A DNA stretch of 63,791 nucleotides, filler included, from Phoronis australis (Eukaryota; Animalia; Phoronida), in the NCBI GenBank assembly GCA_002633005.1. It is 5 parts of 5 records of this genome, joined end to end, with 100 filler letters (N's around TTAATTAATTAA, not from the genome) between each part and the next. Parts side by side here need not be neighbours in the genome. Positions count along the whole stretch, not along the records: positions 15,390 to 45,921 come from NMRA01000042.1; positions 46,022 to 54,242 come from NMRA01000692.1; 3 more parts are not named here. One strand, written 5' to 3'. How positions within the stretch are numbered: position 1 is the stretch's first letter; the number at the start of each line of letters is the position of its first letter. The notes beneath the pieces were generated by a model, which saw only the letters and a list, made by a program, of their open reading frames with translations, had not been told where the DNA came from and did not search any database. The translations under genes were made by a program, and so were the position numbers. Below, piece after piece: positions 37,278 through 49,300 of the stretch.

Positions 37278-37535
37278 CATGCGCGCACCCAGGGAGCATC
37301 GGGGGGCTCGAACGAGCCCCCATTTGGCGAATTGGAAATAAAAGGTCCTCCTCAGAGAAAGAAAAAGTCCGAGAAAACGAGAAAAACCCCATAAGAAATC
37401 GGCGCGAATAGACAATTCATAAGTTTGAACCTTGTACCCCGTTTTCGTTTTTTAGTACCCGTTTTCTTTTTTTATCAAAAGGTCCACATAGCGACAAATT
37501 CGAGCCCACCTGAATTTTAGGCTGCTGCGCGCATG
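37278..37535. mobile_element. MITE related to 25895-26144, ~150 bp upstream of the gene B TATA box
   Basis: CATGCGCGCACCC...GCTGCGCGCATG; internal CCCCCATTTGGCGAA and AAAAGG.CCACAT...AAATTCGAG shared with the other copy. Confidence 0.65.
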
Positions 37536-37687
37536 AATACGCTTTCGCCAACTTATTTACTTACTCTATTTAAACTGCAAACCTGTTTTGAAAGGAATTT
37601 TTAATAGCAAACAGGTTTTAGGCTAATTTATTGCTTGTGTTGCAAGAGGAAGTAAAAGATGATAAATGGACGCATTGTTTGGACCTC

Positions 37688-37695
37688 TATAAAAA
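37688..37695 (+). promoter_or_regulatory. TATA box of cystine-knot gene B
   Basis: TATAAAAA 55 nt upstream of the ATG at 37743. Confidence 0.55.
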
Positions 37696-37742
37696 GAAGC
37701 GCGCTTGGAGTTACTGTTGCATCTTCGTGGATTCAAGAAGAA

Positions 37743-40700
37743 ATGAAGACACCGATGGTAAATATGCTTTACTCTCATGCCCCAATTAACTTTTGTCTAG
37801 TTAAGTCGCTTTGTAGGTTTTATAAAATTGTCTTGTTCACATTTGTACCATCTCTCCCCAACGTTAGCACCCTATCCATGGAGATGCCATGCTTTTTCAT
37901 GCTCTTAAACATCCTTGAGGCAACAGTAGCTCCATGGACAAAAATAAAGAATTGTAATAACCTACAATTTCCTGTGATACGGTTGAAGCTCAAAGAAACA
38001 AGTTCACCAAACGCAGCAGCATGATTATTTCCAGCACAACGGAGTTAGCCTAAATGTCAGCTATGAGAAAAAACGGTTTATTGTTGGCCTTTTATTTGGA
38101 CTAAACGTGAGTGAAAATAGGAAAAAAAACACTAATTCCAAAGAAAAGTAGGAGAAAATAGGAGTCTCTCAAAAAATAGGAAAATGAGGAAAAATAGGAA
38201 ACTTAACACCCTGCGAAAATTGCGGTGTAGGCCTATCGATTTCGAAAAACACGAGACCTGGAGTTTAATATCTGTAATCTAAACTTTACATGGCAATCTT
38301 TGAGTCAATCACAAATTCACAAATTTGTACTTGAATCATGCGGTGTGATTGGTTAAATGTGAATTCTGTGTCTGAACCAAGTCTGAGTTCGAAAATAAAA
38401 CCCTGCATCTAGATTATTATTTTTACATCAAATATTTCATCTGAATAAATGTCATGTCCACAGTCTAACTTGCGTATTTCAGAAACATTTTATTGTACCC
38501 AACGGAATTCAAAACTAAAACCCTTTGTGATTTAAATTCTTTAAATTCTTTCCATTGACAGAAACAGTTTGAGTCGATCTTACATACATGTAGCTATGTC
38601 CCAGTGAAAAATATCAAACTTATCATAGATCATTAAAACTGTGCATTGAAAAGCGATCAACAAGAAAAATCGAAATAACAAAAAATGGGTGACGATGGCA
38701 GCTCACAGTTTTGTTACCCCATTTCCATAATGGTTACGTAAACCATAAAAAGACATGACTGATTTTTAGTCCTGGCTCATTTTTAAAAAAGCACATCAGT
38801 TTCAGCCAATGTTTTTGTGAAACCTGCTCAAAGGAAGGTGCAAGGTTTGAAACGACATCGTCTGCCAAGAAATAAACAAACTCAGCATCATTTTTGCTCG
38901 TCTAAACTAAGGTGGATTTTTGTTGTTTTTTTTTTGAATCGTGAGCAACTAAAAATACCACTCCTCCGACTTGATTTTCAAAAAACACAAACCACAACTA
39001 AAAACCGTATGCTTTTTGGCTAATACCATCAGCTGAGCTAAACACAGAAAACACCTGACCACATAGTATCCAAACATTCGTTTTGTATTTTTAAAAACTT
39101 TAATATGTTTATGTCGCCATGACCAGCATTCATTCAAAAATAGCTCTAGGCTTAGATCTGATCTCTTGTCATAATAAAACTGGTATCAAATACTTCCTTA
39201 CTAAGATGTTTGAGAAGTTAAGCCTGGGTTTTGAATCCAAGTCCGGCGCACAAAATGAACCACAATATCAAGTCGAACCCTGTTCTTCTTAACGGGAGGA
39301 AGAAACAGGTTCACACCAACTTTTAACGGTAGACCCATGTGGTCTAAATTTAAAATTATTTAGTGACGGGAGGTCGGTTCATAGCAGCTTCAAAGTACGC
39401 AGTGAACATTTTTTTTAGATTCTGTTGGTCTTGACAGTCACAGCTGTCGCGGCTGTTCATGTCCAAGGAGACACTGTGAATGCCCAGAGTGTCCATACTT
39501 TTGGAGATGATGCGACAATGACGGCACGTCAGCTAGAAGACGCTATAGACAGCTACAACGAGGAAAGGAAGGCAGACGAAATTAAAGAGCAAGAGGACGT
39601 TTCCGAATTGCATATGCATAGCAAAGCTAAACAACGTACGTTATCTAACTATTATGTTCACTACACGCTTTTGCCTTGTGTATTAAGCCCCAGCAATATA
39701 TATATGATCGATCTGCTGAAATTGTGTCCTCCACAGGTCCTCTAGATTGGCTGACCTTACACGATATCAGTGACGTCAGAACCAAGTTACTACCAAAAGG
39801 GACGAATTATACATATAGATAAATTTATTGCCATATTACCAGAATGAAGCAAGACGCTATATGATGGTTGGCGCACTACTAAAAACCGGCAAACCATTCG
39901 ATAAGCGCAGTTTATTGAATATGTGCGGTTAAAATATAAGCAACTGTACTTGCTATGCAAAATTTGCGGTTCGTGTGCAATTTTCGGTCAACATTTTTGT
40001 AGAGTACAACAAGACACATACACTGTAGGGTTATTTACCGTGCACGGCTCGGGCATGCCCGTGCACAAAAATTTCTCCCACGCACGCTATTCGAATCTCG
40101 CTACGAATGCCTCCCCTGTTGAACTTACTTTACTCATCGTTCATGTCTACTGTCTTCGTATGTCGTGATCGCGAGTATTAACAAAGAATCGACAATTTTC
40201 GCAACTACATTTGGTAAAATATTAAACATTTACAGTATATGCAGTGAAAGAAAGGCCATTTCTATTTGATTTCAGGATATATAAATAACTTATTGAAAAG
40301 AAAATGAAACACCAACCGTGAAAGGTTAGCACGAAAATACCGCAACAGTTTTTACGACAAGCTTGTCCCTTAGCGGGAAGGAGTCAGGAATAACGTCCAA
40401 GAGCAGGGTTGGCAGTGCTTGAGCGAAGAAATGTGTATACAAGACGCAGAAAAGTGGACCTGTAGGGGGTTATGTGTCCGCGGGAAGGGAATAGAGGGCA
40501 CAAGAAAGGAGTTTGGGAGCGGGTAGTCCAGAACTGCGCGTGGACAGCGTGCATTAAGTCAGGTGCCTTAATTAAGTAAACACAGTCGAATTTGATTGTA
40601 AGAACATGACCAAAGTTGAATATAGAGGGATGTCCTGCCCTCTCCCAGCTTCAATCAAAGGTGAGAGAATGCCACGAGCGAGACGTTTTTGACGGTGATG

Positions 40701-42084
40701 CGAACGTACTCCTTCGAAAACAGTGGTTGGCAAAACTTGCTTCCTGCTTAGTTTACCAATGTTTGGGCTTCCTTCGAAAACAGTGGTTGGCAAAACTTGC
40801 TTCCTGCCTAGTTTACCAATGTTTGGGATATAAACAAACAAATTCAGTTCTAATTCGGATTGAGGTCCATTCCACTCGCGTGTACGCCGCGAAATTCCAA
40901 TTAAAATTTCAACAGACCTAACTGGCAAAGCCATAATTACTAAGTCTCTGTACTGTGTATTTCAGCGAGCTGGAAGGAACTCTTCAGACCAAAAGACTAC
41001 AATTGCGGATGCTGCCCTTTGACCCTGAGTGTTACACACGCGAGTCACTCCAGCCTCCCAGGTGGAAGGTGTCCCATCATTGTTCCACAACCTTTGAACA
41101 TGACCGGATGTTCTTAGTAAGTGTCACAACACCCTTTCCCAGCGCTACGAGCAGTAACAACGTCTAAATACTACGAATCTGGTTTCTCGTTGTTTTAAAA
41201 GCCTGAGGCAATACCAGACATTGCGAGGGGTTACGTACGGAGATTGTTAATGCCTTTGAGAATTGTTTCCTTAATTAAAGCTTTTTTCGCCTGGCCTGTT
41301 TAGCTGGCTGAAAAGGAAACTCTTAAACGGACATTTTACTCTCATTAACTAAGTCTCATAATATTGACTACCGTGACATGATTCCATTTCACTGTTACCT
41401 ATAAGATCATCGATACCATCAGCGACTCAAGTACACGCTTCAGACTATATTGAGATTTTCAAACCCAAAAATGCGTGGGTCAGCATAACTGTCGCACTTT
41501 GAGGATTGCGACAGTTTGTGCAAGTGCGTCATTTTGGTGGTCTAGCACACCTTTTTATGGTTCCTCGTACGCATGGCAAGAATAACGAATTGATGAAATG
41601 TTTACATAATTCGCACTCTGTAGATTTATCATGCATGAATTTCGCAAAATTTATGAATGGAAAAGGGACCAGTGAGAGGACAGTGAAAGCATAAACATAT
41701 AGTGCAAGCCATATCTACACTTTGGTTCTGCGCTATTTTGTATCTACTTAGTTGGAATAGTCTCCTCAAATAACAAATTTATGAAATGAATAGAATTTAC
41801 TGAGTATTCAACAGTATGTGTATAAATGTAAAACTATTGCTTCCAGGTCGTATTGCTGTGTGTTATTAAGCACCAAGCACCATAATCTCCCCTGTTTGGT
41901 GTTTTTCAGTCACCCAGACTATTGCGTCAAAGTTGACTCCAACGGCAAGACTTCGGAAGTGGTTGGAGTTTGTAGACATCTATATGACCGGGTTATAACA
42001 GTGATAGTCCGATGTGAAGACAAGAAGTTCTACTTCGTGAACTTGAGAAATTACGTTCGATGTGCTTGTATTCATTTCAACTAG
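37743..42084 (+). CDS. Secreted cystine-knot-like prepro-protein, paralogue B (185 aa, 4 exons)
   Basis: Exons 37743-37757, 39419-39635, 40966-41116, 41910-42084; GT-AG introns with phases 0/1/2 as in gene A. Protein: MKTPMILLVLTVTAVAAVHVQG-DTV...(acidic)...HSKAKQPS-WKELFRPKDYNCGCCPLTLSVTHASHSSLPGGRCPIIVPQPLNMTGCSYHPDYCVKVDSNGKTSEVVGVCRHLYDRVITVIVRCEDKKFYFVNLRNYVRCACIHFN*. AATAAA at 42235. Confidence 0.9.
40711..40827 (+). repeat. 60-bp tandem duplication in intron 2 of gene B
   Basis: CCTTCGAAAACAGTGGTTGGCAAAACTTGCTTCCTGC(T/C)TAGTTTACCAATGTTTGGG x2. Confidence 0.9.
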
Positions 42085-42390
42085 CGGTCAGTATGACAAC
42101 AACTCAGATAGAAATTGACATTTATTTGCGTAACTACAAAGTTTAGGTTTCATTTGTGTAGGACCTGTCTGTACACTTAGCCAAATATGAACGAAACGTA
42201 GAACTTTACTCAGCAGATATGCATATTTCCTGAAAATAAAAATTCCTAAAAATTAGATTTTTGACTTGATATAAACTATTTAGGTAACTTGACCTTGTGT
42301 TTTATAAATATTTTACTTTAAGCTCTTTTGGCATGTCGTTTCACACTGAACACAGAATTGTTTACGCTTGATATTTTACGCAGAATACAT

Positions 42391-43269
42391 ATAGATTATT
42401 ACATGGCGAAGTCGTTATCCCCCGTTATCTAGAGCCCGAGTGGATTTTGGAGAATTATCGCCCGAGGGGCGTAAGCCCCGAGGGTGATAATTCTACAAAA
42501 TCCACGAGGGCTCTAGATAAGGGGGATAACGGCTGAGAACATGTAATAATCTATTTATACCACATACTAAACGAGAAACATTGCAATGAATCGATTTACC
42601 TTTTCTGACTCTCCACGGCTTTGCAACTACTTTCTTTGTCAGAGGACCGGGGTCGGAGGTCGTGACCTTTTAAGAAAAGCCCGGCTATATATATTTTTGT
42701 CAAATAATGCTTTTACTCAAAACCAATTGAAAACTTAAATATTATAGAAATAAATTGAATTTATAAATTAAGGTTTACCAACTATTATAGCTCAAAACAC
42801 GTTTTTTTCACGCTAAGCTTCGACCGGGAAATTATCGTCTGCTAAAGTAGGTTACCACTGGTAACTGAATATAATTCTCAAGTCAAGGATCCTGACGACA
42901 CGATACCCGCATTCAAACTAGAGATCGGTGATTTACAAGTAAGAGGACATGAGAGAAAAATTTCACCGAATTCAGATATCATTTTTATGGAAATTATGTG
43001 TCTTATTTTTCGTAGCGTATAAGTACAGTACAATGCGGTTTGTTGAACGTGAGATTATTGCGCGTGCTCATTTAAGTATTCTATTTTCACACTTGATGAC
43101 GTCAGTCGCTGCGTGGTGTAGTGGTTAAAGTCGGAGGCCAGCAACATTAGGGTCCCGGGTTCGACCCCGTCCTCGGTTTCCCGCCAAATCGTTATCTCAC
43201 TAGTGAGATAACTTTATGGGTTATTACACGGTTGTATCTGCCATTTGACGCTAATATTGTGGTATAAAT
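42391..43269. mobile_element. Non-autonomous element with a long terminal hairpin and short subterminal inverted repeats (Crypton-like architecture)
   Basis: A ~164-bp palindrome at 42391-42554 centred on GGGGCGTAAGCCCC; ATTTATACCACA (42553) is inverted as TGTGGTATAAAT (43258-43269). The family call rests on architecture only. Confidence 0.45.
43107..43178 (+). pseudogene. tRNA-derived sequence (Pol III A/B boxes, broken cloverleaf)
   Basis: A box TGGTGTAGTGG at 43114 and B box GGTTCGACCCC at 43158; the anticodon stem does not pair. Confidence 0.55.
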
Positions 43270-43699
43270 AAATTTACGTAAACATTTGTCAAATTGTAAT
43301 ATCCTCCTATCGATAAAGTGCATTGCGTCTATTTAAACGGAGTCTATACGGCCATTTATACTAGTATAAGTTGCACTTGGACTACACTGGGCCAGATCAG
43401 CTGAAACCAAATGATAAAGCGCATGCTTTTCATTGTGAAGTGAGTATTTTTGCCGATGATAGCCAGCAGCGGCGTCGGCGGCGGTGGCAGCAGCGGCAGC
43501 AGCAACAGTAGCAGTAGAAAAAATAGTTGTGTCGGACAAAGACCTGTGAAGCCGGTGAATACAGGAATGGCTTCCAACAGGGTCCAGCGCTCACACACTG
43601 CACATAGCCTAGACATTTAAAAAATGTATACGTGTACTGTATAAGTAGTAATTTAGATAATCTGAAACATAAGAACAGTTGAACATAGAAGAGGGAAAC

Positions 43700-43773
43700 G
43701 GCAACAACAGAAACGAAAACAACAACAACAATAACAACAACAACAACAACAACAACAATAATAACAACAACAA
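43700..43773 (+). repeat. (ACA)n microsatellite; nearby (GCA/GCG)n tract at 43462-43516
   Basis: aacaacaacaataacaacaacaacaac... Confidence 0.9.
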
Positions 43774-46330
43774 CACATAGCTGACATCTGTACCATAATC
43801 TCGCCTGTACCATGGTCATGAACTGATTTAACGTGTCATGATTTAACGAACTTCACCAGCTGTCACGTTACAACACCCTCTATCACTTTCTGACGATATG
43901 TTAAGTAACTGATCTCGAGTTACGAGGACTAATTGGTCGACGCACCTAACAAAAATCGGGACAACCAATCGCACACTAGTGATATTCTCCATTGGGTTTA
44001 GTGTAAAAAGTCGTCAGATGTTCTCGTGGATCAGGAATGGCGGGCGAGGCGTTGCGTTTGTGGTGGTTGTCGGACAACTTTTGGCTCCTTTCACTTCAGT
44101 TCCCGCGTGACATCGGGGAAGCACAGATATGGCACGTATTTGTACAAAAAAATCTTTTGTTGGTTGGTAGATATGACACATGCACTGACCTTGTGTACGT
44201 TAAAACGTCACATGCCGTGGCGCTAATCTTTCAGTTGAACTCGTTTTTTCTTCTGTTTCTCGTTTTTATGATGTTGAATTCAGTGCAGTGATGTAAGGGA
44301 AGGTTTGACGTTGCTGACAATGTAGCCACTTGTCGAAACAAAGTAAATTTTGTTATTTTTAAACAAGTTTTATGCAACCGCCGGGCCCATTATACAAACG
44401 CACAGCGTCAAATTTATAAGCCCCTGCAAATTACAATGACTAAGAAAATGTCACAATTAATTTGTATTTCGAGGATATGACTGGGACGGAAATTTTGATT
44501 CACTTGACATTAGCTGTAAAATAACAACTTACAGCTCATAGGCGGATTGGGGGNGCCTCCCCCCACCCCTTGGCTGGAAAAATGAAACAGAAACAGAAGC
44601 AGCAATTGCAACAGCGTCAGGCGTGGGAGGAAATATTTTAATGAGCTCAGCCGCACCCCAGCCGCAGCCGGGGGCAGAATCAGCCCCGGTTTTATTTTAG
44701 TCCATCGATAGAATTCCTGAACAGAAGGTGCACATCCCCAGCCCCCCGCAACTTTGAGCTGGCGCACATGCAATACCGCGCTTTGCCCAATTCCCCGAGG
44801 CAACATATGTTGCCCCCCCCTTATGGTATCCGATCCACCACTGCAGCTTATCGCATGAAGCGTAAAAATGAGCACACTGATCAAATAAAGAGTGCACACA
44901 TCACGTGTCTGCAAAACATAAAACGACACTATCTCTGGCTGAATCGTCACCATCCTCCAGCCTGTTCACTAGACTCCCTAGATTAAACACCGTGTCACAT
45001 CAAACAGAAGACAACAAACATACCATAACATGATCGAATTTGCTTCTCTCATGAACTTTCCAATGTAAATAAGTAGGTCACGTCGACAACGTCCCACAAC
45101 TGAGATTAATGTTAACTTTACAGATCTTATACACCAATTATGGTCTATAGGCGGTGCACCACAGGGGGGCTGAGGAGGCTTTAGCCCCCCCCCCACTTTC
45201 TTCAGCGTGTACGCCGTCCATGAAACAGCAAGTCAAGCACTAATAGACCAATACATGACGCCCGGCCAAGTAGTTGTAAGTTGACCGGCGTGTGCTGCGC
45301 CTATACTAATCTCCACCAAATTAGTTTTTTTTTGCTTTGAAAACACAAAAAGTATACGACAACGCACTGTCTGCACGTGATTGGGGGGTGAGTGGGGTGT
45401 AGTGTAAACACAACTTATAATTATAAGTCTTGAAGACCTCCCCGCTTTACACACAAAAATTCACTCATATTGCAAGGTAAAAAATAGCACTACAAATATC
45501 GAAATCATTTATTTAAAAGTACGGGAAAGTGAACATGAAAGTGATCGAAAGTGGTCCAGGAACAAACTGGGTGCAATGCTCAAGCCATGTAAAATGCTTT
45601 TTGACACTGAGAATCATACCCGTCGGCGCTCGAGTCTAGCCCGTGACCGGCTCCGAAGACACGGCGAAGGCAACCTTTTTCCATGTCATTTTGAGCTAAA
45701 ATAAGGTTGGTTGGTTATCCTAGACATATTTTTCACTTAATTACAGCTTTTCGTAATTTTATTAATTGCTCGTCCGCTTTTCCGGAAGTGACGTTTTAGG
45801 AGGCAAGCGCTTCCCGCCACTTGGTTTTGCGTTGAGCTTACTGTGCGAATCTGTTCTATTCTACTTTTGTTTTGTGCTATTTTTCACCAATTGTCGCCAC
45901 CACTTTCCATTGGCGAGTATTNNNNNNNNNNNNNNNNNNNNNNNNNNNNNNNNNNNNNNNNNNNNTTAATTAATTAANNNNNNNNNNNNNNNNNNNNNNN
46001 NNNNNNNNNNNNNNNNNNNNNTGAACATTCTAAAATGACAGACTTAAAACCATATCATAAATTCCTATTGCCAAAAGGAATACAGCCAGGAACACAACTT
46101 GTGTAGAAATCTGCCGAGCATTATTGGCTTTTTGCATTGTTAACTTTTAATAAGGTAAATTCCCCGTCGTGACATAGCTACTATAAGATTACTCAATTCC
46201 ACTTGAACTTGGCCATCATGACAGGAAATTCAACGAGCGCTCACCCATTACAACAGGGACTAACAAGTCACTTTGCCTGATTACATTTGACATGTATTGT
46301 ATTCACCGTCTCTCCCACTACAACTTGACC

Positions 46331-49300
46331 TCAATACCCAGTGACAAATCCCCTATTAAGCACAAGTTCATGATCCTTTGGCCAATAACAGTAAGCATCC
46401 AACACACACACTACTCTCCTGCGTCCAACTTCTTGAGCACTAGTCAAAAGGTCACGTAATCTGTATCTAGTTAGTCGTTCACCACGTTGAGCTGATGCGC
46501 TAAATCCAGATGATCGGTCACCATGATGACCCGAGGTTCCCACATTGGATGTGTCATCACCACGGTGGTGCAAGGAGGAAAAATCATCCACACCAGAGAG
46601 CAATTCTATAAAGTTCCTTGCTTGCGTTTCTCTTGGTATCAGTAACACCGTTTGCAACTCAATACTCCTATCTAGACTCAGGAGGGTGACTTTAAAATAT
46701 CCCTCACCTCCAGGTGAAGGTATTCCTGAAATGGATCAGAATATACAGAGGGTATGAAATGGAACGTAACTTGTGTCAGGACGATCATTATAACAGTTAT
46801 TGGGTTCCAAATCAAGGGTTGATAAGTCATTAGCTATATTGTCAACTGTAACTACAATGAAATATTACACAACATGGAACACCATGACGTAAATCATATT
46901 ACACAATGTAAAAAACAAGAGCAATGCGGACCATTGAAATGTGCCCACAACTGCAAAAACAGACTAGAAACAGTAAAACTAGTCACTAGATGGCACAAGA
47001 TACATTGAATCTATCTGACAACATGAACATGTCATCAATTCTGTAAGAGAAAGCTTTTTACCAAATTTCTTAAAAATCTGTTGAGGAACTTCTGAATCAG
47101 AGAAACTGAGGAAAACAGAAAACAATGAAATTGCTACTAGGGAGCACAGCGTTCGTCGGATCCATCTGGAATTCATCGTCGTCCTCTACTTATACATTTG
47201 CTAAATTAAATAAAGATCCTGCACAGGGTTTAGGAAATACAACCAAGGCCATAAAAAAACTTCCACTAGGAGGTGCCACAGTAGTCGAATTGGAAAATCA
47301 TCATCAGTCATCCTCTTCACCATAGGAACATACATGCCAATTTTCACAATTATCCTTAGAGTGGTTTGGTTGACGGGGTAAAAATGGCCAATAGGTAGCG
47401 CAAAATACCTCGACTCCATCCAAAAATGACAAGATATCATCACCTGACTAATGCATGCCAATCTGTCAAACTTTATGAAAATTCCTTGAGGACCTTTGAA
47501 GATAAAGAGGGAAACATGGGGAATATTTTAATATATTTTAGTATTGACGCTTGACATTTTTGTTTTACTAGTTTAACTAAAATTACCACTAGGGGATGCA
47601 AGGGTAATCCGATCCCTCTGAAAGTTGTCGTCGTTAGTAGTCGATACACTAGCTAAATTTAATTAATAAAGATCCTGCAGAGCGTTTAGGAGATACAGCT
47701 ATGGGCCCAAAAATAGACTGGGTGATGCCACAGTAGTCGAAGTCATCGGAAAATCATCGTCAGCCACCCTGTTCACAGTAAGAACATATATGCTGATTGT
47801 CACAATCATCCTAAGAGCGATTTGGTAGACAGAGGGAAGGAAGCCAAAAAGCAGACTCAAAAACAGTAAAAAAGGCCACTAGGTGGTGCAAAACACCTCC
47901 AAACCATTTGAAAACATGAGGATAGTGTCATCTCACTATTAGATGCCTATCTGCCAAATTTTATGAAAATCCTCCGACGATACAGAGGAAAACATAAAAA
48001 AATAAAATTGGTACTAGGGGGCATACCAGTAGTCGCATAGTTGCGATATCCGTCGTCATCCCTCGTCACCTTCATTGAGAACACATCTACCAAATCTCAT
48101 CAAGATCCTGTTTAGAACACAACATGCGCAAGTCAAGAAGTACAAGTGTTTCATATCTCACCTCCTTAGAACACAACATACACATGTCAAGAAGTACAAG
48201 TGTTTGATATCTCACCTCCTTAGAACACAACATACACATGTCAAGAAGTACAAGTTTTTGATATCTCACCTCCCCAGAACACAACATGCGCATGTCAAGA
48301 AGTACAAGTATTTGATATCTCACCTCCCCATAACACAACATACACATGTCAAGAAGTACAAGTGTTTGATATCTCACCTCCTTAGAACACAACATGCACA
48401 TGTCAAGAAGTACAAGTTTTTGATATCTCACCTCCCCAGAACACAACATGCGCATGTCAAGAAGTACAAGTGTTTGATATCTCACCTCCTTAGAACACAA
48501 CATGCGCATGTCAAGAAGTACAAGTGTTTGATATCTCACAAACTTAATTTATGGTGTTCAAAATATAAACTGAAATACTTTTATCAAATAAAAGTGAGAA
48601 TTTCACCTAAAAATTTGTTCTAAAGAGATTTTCATTATTCCAGTTTAGTTTGCCCTGAGAAGGTAATGAGTGCTGCACAACAAAACCAAAAGATAATTAT
48701 GATACTTGTAATATTGCTTGCAATCCTCTGTATACGTAAACCAAGGGATAATGATCGCGCTAGCAATATTGCCTGCAATTCTCTGTATAGGTAAACCAAG
48801 GGCTAATGATCATACTAGCAATATTGCCTGCAATTCTCTGTATAGGTAAACCAAGGGATAATTATCTTACCAGAAATATTGCCTGCAATCCTCTGTTTAG
48901 GTAAACATTGACATGGAAGTGCAAATTCTTGCTTCAAAAATGCTGCATTTCCATCCGATAAGACGCGCGGAAAGATCTTAACGTTGGCCACCATGGTTCC
49001 AATGGTCTTTCTCTGATGACGGAGGTTTGCAAATGACTCATTCACAACTTGTACTGCAAGCTAGAATGAAATGACTAGAGCTCTTAATTTAGCGAGGGTT
49101 AAGTTTATAAACAATGTTGTATCTCAACTTGAATCTTGCCTTGGAACTGTTGCTCTACTAAAATTTTTACTTCATGTGGCATGTTCCATGCTTTGTCACT
49201 GATCCTTAGATGGACTCTCATGGTTTATTTTATTCACAACATTGGCAATAACTTCTGCAATGCCTTGAAAGAAAATACCTTTCAAATTCATAAAATCCCT

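Noticed and set aside
43107-43178. Functional tRNA gene
   Set aside because: Anticodon and acceptor stems do not pair; only the A/B boxes remain.
43411-43445. Possible first exon of a third paralogue (MIKRMLFIV..|gtgagt)
   Set aside because: Wrong intron phase compared with genes A and B, and no WKELFRP or CAC exons found downstream.
43430-43819. Poly-Val, poly-Cys/Arg ORF resembling a membrane or protamine-like protein
   Set aside because: Explained by (TTG)n and (TGC/CGC)n microsatellites.
46726-46850. Apparent in-frame TGA suggesting RADX is a pseudogene
   Set aside because: The stop lies in the polypyrimidine tract upstream of a phase-compatible acceptor at 46726/46725.
48075-48623. 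182-aa His/Cys repeat ORF resembling zinc fingers
   Set aside because: 54-bp intronic minisatellite open on both strands; Cys is not conserved between units.
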